DNA of 64,000 nucleotides, taken from a virus (lineage: Duplodnaviria > Caudoviricetes). The DNA lies in IMG/VR virus record IMGVR_UViG_3300028048_000059, positions 32,001 through 96,000 of that record; one strand, written 5' to 3'. Below, piece after piece: positions 10,062 to 20,000 of this stretch. The position numbers and the translations under genes were made by a program. The notes under the pieces were generated by a model. It was not told where the DNA came from. It ran no database searches and saw nothing but the letters and a program-made list of their open reading frames with translations. How positions within the stretch are numbered: position 1 is the stretch's first letter; every line of letters starts with the position of its first letter.

Positions 10062-10985
10062 ATGTTTAAAAAAATTATTTTAGATGGAGAAACCACACGA
10101 TGGTCAGTTGATGAAAGTGGCCGCGTTAGGAATGATGAAACAGGTCATTTTTTAACTGGTACGATTTTACATAGCTATCGTTATATTAATTTTCGATGGA
10201 ACGGTAAACAGAAGAATAAGTCAGTTCATCGTTTAGTGGCAGAAGCATTTTTGCCCAATCCAGAAAATTTGCCTTATGTTCATCATAAAGATGGAAATAG
10301 GTTAAATAATAATTTGGAAAATTTGGAATGGGTTACGGAGCAAGATAACCGTTTAGAAGCTATAATGCCGCAAGGATATAAAAAATATGATGGTACTAAG
10401 ATCGAAGGCGAGCAATGGCGCTATTTTAGAGATAGCGTTTATCAAGTATCTGATTACGGGCGTGTTAAAAACACAAAAACTGGAAAAATTTTAAAAGGCA
10501 CTGCCAGTGATTGTGGTTATATTCGAGTAGATTTACAATTAGCTGGACAAAAGCGTCGTAAATTTTTAGTTCATCAATTAGTCTATGAGTGTTTTGTTTC
10601 TCCTGAATTTGATGTTATTAATCATATAGATGGTAATAAAAAAAATAATAAAGTAAGTAATTTAGAGAGTGTATCTCATAAAGAAAATTTACAAAAAGCC
10701 GCGAACGAAACTAATGCATGGCATTTTAGGAAAGTTGCACAATATGATTTAGAAGGCAATTATATTCGAACGTTTTTAAATGCCTCTGATGCCGGTAGGG
10801 CCATGGGTATCTTACCTAGTAGCATGAGAAATTGTATTCGTTTGCGTGGTGGAAAACATAAAAATTTTATTTTTAAATATATTGATGAGGATGAAGCTTC
10901 ATCGACCATCTCGGAAGAGAGTAGGGTGAATAGCCCGAAGTGCGTTGCCCACACTAGTGGTGAAGATATGGTCAAAACTGAATGA
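10062..10985 (+). CDS. Intron-encoded homing endonuclease with two tandem HNH modules and a NUMOD1 (probable start ATG 10062)
   Basis: VHRLVA…HHKDGNRLNNNLENLEW and VHQLV…NHIDGNKKNNKVSNLE; AQYDLEG. Confidence 0.9.
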   Translation: MFKKIILDGETTRWSVDESGRVRNDETGHFLTGTILHSYRYINFRWNGKQKNKSVHRLVAEAFLPNPENLPYVHHKDGNRLNNNLENLEWVTEQDNRLEAIMPQGYKKYDGTKIEGEQWRYFRDSVYQVSDYGRVKNTKTGKILKGTASDCGYIRVDLQLAGQKRRKFLVHQLVYECFVSPEFDVINHIDGNKKNNKVSNLESVSHKENLQKAANETNAWHFRKVAQYDLEGNYIRTFLNASDAGRAMGILPSSMRNCIRLRGGKHKNFIFKYIDEDEASSTISEESRVNSPKCVAHTSGEDMVKTE

Positions 10986-11006
10986 GAAATCTTCAGATAC
11001 AAAAAT

Positions 11007-11031
11007 AGCGTGCTATTATAGCACGCTTTTT
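11007..11031 (+). terminator. Terminator-like hairpin within the intron P9 region
   Basis: AGCGTGCTA-tta-TAGCACGCT followed by TTTT. Confidence 0.55.
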
Positions 11032-11058
11032 GTATGCCTTTTTATAAAGGTAGAATTA

Positions 11059-14000
11059 CAGCAATCTCGTTTCTTAGCTCTCGTATCCAATGGAGATCTA
11101 TTGCGTGAAAATCTACGTGTCGCAGAAACTAGCGATGATGTAGGTACAATTCAAGCATTGAAAGCATTGGATTCATTGGAATCGAAGTTAGAGCAAGTTC
11201 GAGTTAGTTATCAACAATTCTATACGTCGATGGGTATTGAGAGCGTATGGAAAGGATTCTTAGATGGCGTTCGACGGGTTATTGATAATTTAAATAAATT
11301 ACCTAAGTTATTTGGTAAATTACCAGTTAATGCAGTCGTTATGATTGCTAATTTGGTTAAAGTTATTAGTCATGGTTTACTAAGTGGGTTAAATAAAATT
11401 GCACAAAATGTTCAAAGTATTATTCAACGTATTAATAAAAACTCCAAGACAGAAGCCGATCAAGGCGGTACGCAGGTTGGAAAAACATGGGTAGATAAAA
11501 TTGTTGATTCAATTACACAGGGGCAAAGTAAGGTTGAACAAGCGGCTCGCGAAACAGTTCAAAAGGCAAATAAAGCGGCGGAAGAAGCTGCGCAAGAAGT
11601 CACGAATGTACAAAAATCAAAGACTAGCAAAGATATTGCGAAGGATGGCCTTAAAGATAACGGCATAGCCGGTATTACTATACCAAAAGGGCAGGCAGCA
11701 GCTGATAAAGCACAATTTAATCGTGATTTATATAATGCATTAGTTGATACATCAAATCCAGAGCAAACTGCGGCTACGTTAGACCCAATTCTTGAAGGCG
11801 TTAATAACGGTACTATAAGTTATAAACAAGCTTTATTAGATGCATCCGCGGCTGTCGCAAAAAATACAAATGAAGCCAAAGGGCTCGGCGACACCATGGA
11901 TTTAGTGGGAAAAAATACTGATAAATTTAAAACAAGCGCAGGCAATTCTGTTGGTGTTGTAGATTCTTTAGTTAAAGAAACCAGTAAAATGGAAACAACA
12001 ACAAAAACTTCTGCTAAGATATGGGAATCTTTTAAATCTGGAGGAGCGTGGAACAAAGCCGCTGTTGGTATTGGAACTGCGATGCAGGCCGCGGCTATGT
12101 TAATTGACACAAGTTCGCGTGCTGGTGAAGTTGCATCTGGGAGCTTTACTACGCTAGGTAGCGCAGTATCAGGTATTGCTGCCGGTGTACGTGTGTTCTC
12201 TGGTGATTTAAGTGCATTACCGCAATTATTATCTAGTGCTGTTTCTCTTTTTAGTGGTATAGGTTTAATAGTTGAAACTGATGCTGAAAAAGTAGAACGT
12301 TTAACAAAAGAAGCTGAAAAATTATCCAATGAAGCGTTGGTTAAGAAAAATGAATATAATACGCTAGATCAGAGTATTAAAAAGTTAGAAGAATTAGAAG
12401 AAAAAAGATATGATAGTGCAGAAGCTGCCGAGGAATATCAAACTGCTGTTGATGAGCTAGCAAAGCAATATCCAGAATTAATTACTGGAATTGATGAGTT
12501 GGGAAATGTTACTATTGAAACTGCGAACATCGAATATGAATTGGAAAAAGCTCGTGCCGCGGCAGCAGAGGCAACATATAATGCGGCCCAAGCTGAACGA
12601 GAAAAAGCTATCGCAGAACGAGATAGTGCTTTAAATGCTTTAACAGGGAAAAAAGAACAAACTTCATATGCGCACAGTATGAATCCAACTGATGGGAGAA
12701 AAGATAATACAAAACGCTTGACGGAGCAAGCATGGAATGAAATTATTGGGGATTATACTGGCAAAACAGATCTTTCTGGATTATACAACACAGATCAGAA
12801 TGGCTTTACAGAATGGATTACTACAGCTGATGGTTTTACCGAGAAGCTATTAAGAGAGATTCTTGAAGGCGCGGCAAACGCCAATTTTGTGGATACGAAT
12901 ACTGGATTTACAATAGTAGCTGGTGAGCCAAACGAAGATAAGAAGGAAATATCTATAAATGAAATTTTGTCTCAATATTTTGATGAATCTGGCGAATTGA
13001 CAGATACAGGTTTAATGTCAAAAATTGATAAAGAAATAGAAGATTTAAATCATGATATTGAAGCAAAAAAGTTTGATGGCGATGAAGGTACTCAAGAATA
13101 TATAAAAAGATCCAAAGCAATTATTGATTTAATTACAGCTAACGGTTTACAGGGATACTATGAGAATTTTTTAGAAAATACGACAGGTGTCACTGAGGCA
13201 GCTAGTGAGTTAGAACGCTCTCGTCGAGTATTGTTATCCACTTCAAAAATAACCATCGATGCTGCGGTTAAAACATATGCTGGCGGTCAAACAGAATTTT
13301 TAGAATCATTAGGTAATTCTAACGCACTTTTAAATCAATATTTATTTGATAAAGCAAATGAACTTGATGCTTATGATTTAGAAAATGATCCAGATGCAAT
13401 TGAAAAGTTTAAGAATTCTGATGATTTTGCAGAAGGTATTGAGGCTTACAAGGCTGAATTTGAAGCATTGTCACCATCCGACACTAAAAAATTCTTAGAC
13501 ATGTGGAAGAATCGCCAAAATTATTCTGAGCAAGATTGGATGGAAGTTTTTGATTTTGACGGCGCATCTGTAATTTGGCAAAGTATTCAAGGATATTATA
13601 GTGATCAAGCTATTGGTTATAGAGATCAATTAGAGCGTTTAAAAAAGCAAATTGATCGTTTGCCAAAAGAAAGCACTTCCGATACATTATTTTCAAATCT
13701 AGAAAATACGTTACGAGAATTTGCTCCATATTTATCTAGTTCTTTAACTAAGTGGATTGGTGGAGTCTTTGATGAATATGAAAAATATGTTTCTCAAGGT
13801 TTTTATAGCAATGCTAATGATTTAATTATGGGTTTAACTGGCGCCTTAACGTCTTTACAAGGTATGTCAGAAGATGACCGTTTAAATGCCGAGAATATTC
13901 TTCAACAAGTTGATTTTTCATCAATTGAAAGCATTGATAAAGCCATAGAAGCCGCTACTGCTGCTGGCTTTGAGGTTGACTCTTTCATTGTAACTAGTTT

Positions 14001-17000
14001 AAATAAAATCAAAGAAGCATATGTATTTAATTTACCATTAGCTATTCAATCATACACAGATCAAATTGTTGCTGGCGCAGATGAATTAGAGCAGTCTTTA
14101 AAAAAGATTAGAAGTGGAGTATCTTTTTCAGAAGCATTAACTGCCATAGAAAAAATAAATACTTATGCAAAGGGCGTACCAGAAGTTTCATTACGAGATT
14201 TTGATCAAAAGAATGGCAAGTTGGTGTTAAATAATCCAGAACTTTTAAAGGCTTACATTGATGCAGAGCGTGCTTCGTTAAAAGAGTCATATGCTCCAAT
14301 TAAAGGAGAACTTGAAAAATATAAAACAGATCAGGAGAAAGGTATTAAAGGAGCATATGTCGATCTTTTAGACACATTAAAGGAAAATGATACTGAGATT
14401 GATGAAAGCATCACTAAACATGCGAATTTAATTAATGCGTTAGAAGCTGCTGGTTTGGCCTATCAAGGCGATGATAAACTTTGGTATACGGTTAAAGATT
14501 TTACTAGCAAAATAGACGGTGGATCTGCTTCGGATTGGATGGTTAATTGGTTACAACAACAACAAGCCAATGCTGACGAAGTAATGAAATACTTCGATAG
14601 CGAGATTATACCATCATTATTCTTAGATGCAGGCTTATATACAGATTATTTAGACGGTATCAAGGCAGCTTTCACTGACGAGCAAGGCAATTTTAATGAC
14701 GTCTTCAATGAACATTTAAATTTTAAAGATATTGCACAAGGTAATTTTTCTGGTATTGAAGATAAGAGAATCGTTAACAATATTCTCCGTCCAGCCCAAG
14801 AAAAAATTAATTCTGAAATGAATACTTTCCTTTCGGATATTATTGAGAAAGGCATTGATAATATTTATTTCCCAGACTATGATTTAGGTTTTGCTGGCGC
14901 TAACGTTCAAAATAACGTTGCAAGCATCTTGGCTGGCCCGAATGGATATACTAATTTAATAAAAGAGTATGGCTCCTGGCTCGGTAATTCCATTGAAGAC
15001 TACAACTCAATGTTCCTCTCTGCCTTAGAAAAAGACACTCAAAAAACACAAGCAATTTCCGACGTTATTAATGACGTCACCTTCATCGGAAAGGATCTCG
15101 CCTATGCATCCGCAGACACAATTAAAGAAATCGCTGATATCTATGGTATGCGCATGGATGAGTTGTTCGATGTTGATAGTTATAATGAAGCATTGGGCGG
15201 CTATCAAGTTAATTTCGCCGCCATTAAAGATTTCTCGCTAGATGAAATTCAAGGCGGCATGGAAGCAGTAGCTGATAGTACCAACTCGTTCTTCCAAGCC
15301 ATGGCAGAAACCATTACCAATGGTATTGAAGGCAAATTAACCTATGGTGAATTAGGTGAATTCCGTCAACGTTTAGATGCATTTGGTATTAATTTGGATT
15401 TGTCATTTAAGCGGACGGCGGATGGATTACAATTAAGCACCAATTCTGCTCGCGATCTCTACTTTGAATTACTGAAAATCGATGCTTTGCAAGCACGTCT
15501 TGTGTTCGATTCTTTGGTTGAATCGTTGGAAGAAACCGATGAGCATTATAAAGACATCAGTTCTATTGCTGCACGTATTGCAGAATTACAAGACTTAATT
15601 GATGATGTTAAAACCAATGATGCGCGTCGCAAGCAATATATGGATGAACTTGAATTAGCAAAAGAAATCTATCAAGTTCGTTCTTCCACAGACAACGATT
15701 CCTTTGATTTCATGAATCGTGACTTGGCACCCGGCATGCAGAACCCAATTGATTATTGGAATGCTGGCGGCGAAGCCTATACCGCGATGAATGAGGCCGC
15801 GAAGAGCGGTTACATGAAAATCGAGGACTTCTACAATATTGTTAATGAAATGAACAACATGGCTGCGACTAGCGGCCAAACGCTTATCTTTATGGGCCAG
15901 ACTCTTAGCGGGAGCGCAGAAGATGCGGCCGCACTTATTGAGGCCGGTTTTGGTGCTTTAAAGAATGTCGATGGTAAGGGTGTGCAAATTTCATTAAAGG
16001 ATATTGGTGCTGGATTTGATGTTGGCGCCGCAGCGATGACCAAAGACTTCGATTCTGGCTTGAAAGCTATGGCGAAGTCGCAGATTGAAATGATTGACTC
16101 TGCCATTAGGATGTTGGAAACGGTTGCTGCATTGGAAGAAATAGACACCGACGAAGACGGCGTGCTTTCAATGGATGAAGTCTTTGATGGGAATGAACTT
16201 AGTGAAAATGTACAACAATGGATTAAAGATACTGATATAGCCGCTGGCGGTATTACTATTGGCGGTAAAACACTATTTGAAGCTATCGACGGTTTAGACC
16301 CCGCGCAAGCTGTTGCCTTATTAAACGAATGGAAAGATATCGATTTCTCCGATCCAATTGCTGCTTGGGATTCAATTAGACAACTTTTGAATATCTATTT
16401 CCCCGGTGCAGAAATCGTAAAAGGCGAATCAATTTTTGATATTTTGAAAGTTCCAAGCGGTGCGAAGGAAGATAGTGAGGCATTTGCAGACTGGGCAGAA
16501 AGTTTAGGGTTAGTTAGTAGCTCAGCAAAAGGAATGATAGATTTCCTTGAAAAAGGGCATGAATTGCAAACTGGTTTACCTTGGTATGAAGCAGTTAAAA
16601 AAGCTTTACTTGGTGATAATACTAGTGAAGATGTTTCTAATTTATTTGATCTTTTTGCCGGGTCTAGTTTATCCGCAGAAGACATGCAATTATGGTCTAA
16701 ATTAAATATAAAAGTAGACGAAAAAGGTAATGTAGATAGTGTTATATATACAGCTTCTGATGGTTCGCAGTTGGAATTACCAGAAGATTCTCCCAGCCAA
16801 TGGTCTGATTTAATCGCTGAATATGAAAATAACGTAGCAATTGTTGCGCATACTGGTGGCTCGGCGAAAAAAGTTAATAAAAACAGTAAACTCATAACTC
16901 TAACATTAGAAGATGGAACTGAGATCAATGGCGTTCTTACCTCAGACGGTGATGGTACATATACTGCATCATATGGAGGAAAAAGTGCTACATTTGATCA

Positions 17001-20000
17001 TCCTGGTGAAGCAGCAGAGTGGATACGTGAACAAGCGCGTGCAGCAATATGGGGCGTTGGTAATCGCGGCGGTAAAAAATTAAACACCGAAACTGGTACT
17101 ATCGAAACATATTATACAATCACTGGAAAAATTGATGAAGATATTGAAGAACAAATTCAGACTGGTGACATTTCAGAAGAATTACAGAAAAAAATTGATG
17201 AAGGAGTTGCTAGCGGCAAAGCTTTCGAAATTGGCGGTATTACTTTTGATGCTGGCACCACACAGCAGGAAGTAATTGATGCTTTTAATGAATCTTTGCC
17301 AGAAGATCCATATGCTACATTAGTGCAACAAATTGCTGACGGTATTACTGCGGCCTTTACTCAACATAGCACAGAAATTGCGAAAGCTTTTTCTGATGGT
17401 ATTTCCCAAGCAGTAAAAGATGCTATGGGCGGAGGTGAAAATCCTACTACTACCGTCCCAGAATCAATTGATTTTATCTCCGTTGCTGGCTTAAGCATCA
17501 TACGCGCTTATGAAGAAGACGGCACGATATCCTATGCTTTTGCTGATGATCCTAACAATACAATGACGCGGGAAGCCATGGTCGCGGCGATAAATGAAAA
17601 AATTACCAATGATGAAGGCGAAGGCGGTATTGATGCTGGCACATTAGATAATGTTTTAGCTACTGGTTCTGGTGGTTTGAATTTTAAAGCTAATTATGAC
17701 CCAGATACTGGCGAAACGACTTGGACTGTTAGCGGCATTGATGGCAAGGGCGCATTTACAGAGGAAAATATCACCGCAGACCAAAAAGCGCAGTTAATTA
17801 AAAGTTTGTCTACTGGCGCGAGCGCAATAGTAAATTTAGGAGATAGTGGTAAAGTAATTGTAGCACAATCTACTAATGGTGTGATTTATACAGCGATTTT
17901 AGAGCCAGATGAAAATGGTATTTACTCTATGACAATGCCTAGCGGTTCTAAATGGACTAGTAAGAATCCGCAAGTTTTATTAACTAGCTATATTAAACTA
18001 AAACGTACAGCAGATAACAAGGCTTTACTCGACTCTTACGCTAATGATGCTGGTGCATCGCCAGATGATGAACCGCTACAACCATTGAAGTTTAGTTATA
18101 CTGTTGGAATGGAAGAACGCACTATAACGGTTCAAGATGAAGGGAACGGTCTTTTCTTGGTACAAGGCTTTGGAGATCCTATACATACTTCTAATCCAAT
18201 AGAATATATTAATAATCAATTAGCAAGCCAAGGTATATCAATTGATCAGTTGCAAACAGTGCCAGATTCACTTGGTTATATTCCATTCGAACAAACTATT
18301 GATGGCATTACTTATAGAATTGTAAATAAAGGTAATAATAATTATGGTTTCTATTCAGATGATAATTTGCTTGGCACGCTTACTAGTACTAATTTAGAAA
18401 TATTTTTAGACTCTATAAAGGCAAGTGCTAAAAGTAGCGCTCTTCAAATAACAGGCTTCTCTGTTAATGAAGAGAATAATTTATTAATTGATTTTAAATA
18501 TCCAGGTTTAAATTATGATATACAATATGATGCTACAAAAAATCAATGGTTAGAGAACGGTACACCACTGACAGGTGTAACAGATTTTGATTCTGTCATT
18601 GAGCATTTTAAAGAGGAAGCCAAAAAAACAGCTGGGTCAACAACTAGTGAATCTCAATCGCAAGATGTCGATTTTGAAGTCAAGGGCGCCATTACTTTTG
18701 ATAATGACACAACACGAGAGCAATTAATTAATTTTCTCGCAGCATTGCAGTCATTATTGACTGGGCAGCCATTACATGTAGGGGTTGTCGCGACACCTGT
18801 GAACCACCTTAATACTGATTTATCAACAGCTGATGATATATCTGATAGTAGTGGTATTTGGAGTGGCGCGGGGTATAAAAATGCAGCAGACTATGCCACC
18901 ACTTTGGCTGATATTGTGCTTCATGGTGGACAATTGGAAAAATTAGATTTTAGTAATTTAAATGTCCTAAATAATTCTGGCTTAGTTACTTCTGTTACCA
19001 TTGGAGAAAATGAATATACAATTGCTGATATTTTAGAAAAAGCTGAAGAGAATGCAGATGGCGTAACTTCCATGCAAGATCTAGCGAACGCTTTTAAGGA
19101 TATCGATGCTGATAATCTCGGAAAAGTTGCAGACGCATTAGCACTTATGGCAACCAACGCGCTAACTTTGAAAGACATTCCTTGGGTCACTATTGCAGAA
19201 GGTATTAATAATTTAGTGCTAAAGAAAAAGCCTAAACCAGAGGGACAATCTAATCCAACTACACCAGAGAAAGTTGGAGACGCCGCAACACAAAAAGTAG
19301 AAGAAATTGTAGAAGAATATGAATTGGATGTCGAAATTCCAAATCTAGCAATTACAGCGACTTCTGCAACTTTAACTGCAACCGACCTTACTGTTACTGG
19401 TGGGCAAACAACACCTACTCCTGGCGGCAATGCAGGTGGTTCAGAAGGAGATAGTAGTGGCGGCCCCACTACTTCAACATCTGTTAGCATAGATACTTCT
19501 GCTGCACAAGCATCTATTGCACAATTGGCTACGTCAATTGGATTTTTAGGATTAACATCCCTTACATCCAGTATTTCCGTAACTGGCTTACAAACTGCGA
19601 TGGGGAAAATTCCTACTGAGGCAGGCTCTCGTGTTGGGTTTTTGGCAGAAAAAATGGGTACTATTCCATCTGGTAAAAGTACCTACGTATCTTCTTTGGC
19701 TACCGCTATGGGTAAAATACCCACTGGCGCGGCCACTGCTGTAAATAATGTTGCGAACGCACTTGATAAGATAAAGAACGCAACCGTTCGTCTAGTGTTA
19801 TCTGTATCAGTACAAACGTCTGGTACAGGTGCGAAAGGCACTGTTACTAGTATTAGCCGCGGAACAAAAACTGGTACTGCATTTGGTACTGCTGGCACAA
19901 TCACATTAACCAATGCAAAAGGCAATGTAGCTCTCGCCGCGGGCCGCCGCACATTGATGGGCGAACTTGGACCAGAGCTAGTCGTTTCCAATGGTCGCTA

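Larger units (their letters stand above)
9826..11058 (+). mobile_element. Group I intron 3 (tape measure) with double-HNH ORF; 3' end most likely A11058 (alternative G11061)
   Basis: P1 GAAATCGT|…GCGTTTTC; GAATTGCGGGG; AATCCGCAAGCAAG; covaried P7 TCGACCA/TGGTCA; P10 ATTGCTG/CAGCAAT. Confidence 0.9.

Noticed and set aside
10945-11058. ORF-track N-terminal extensions or starts (10945, 9981, 5861, 35778, 41650, 47025, 58071, 59092)
   Set aside because: They lie in intron RNA or inside exon 2 and lack an RBS; they are artefacts of split genes.
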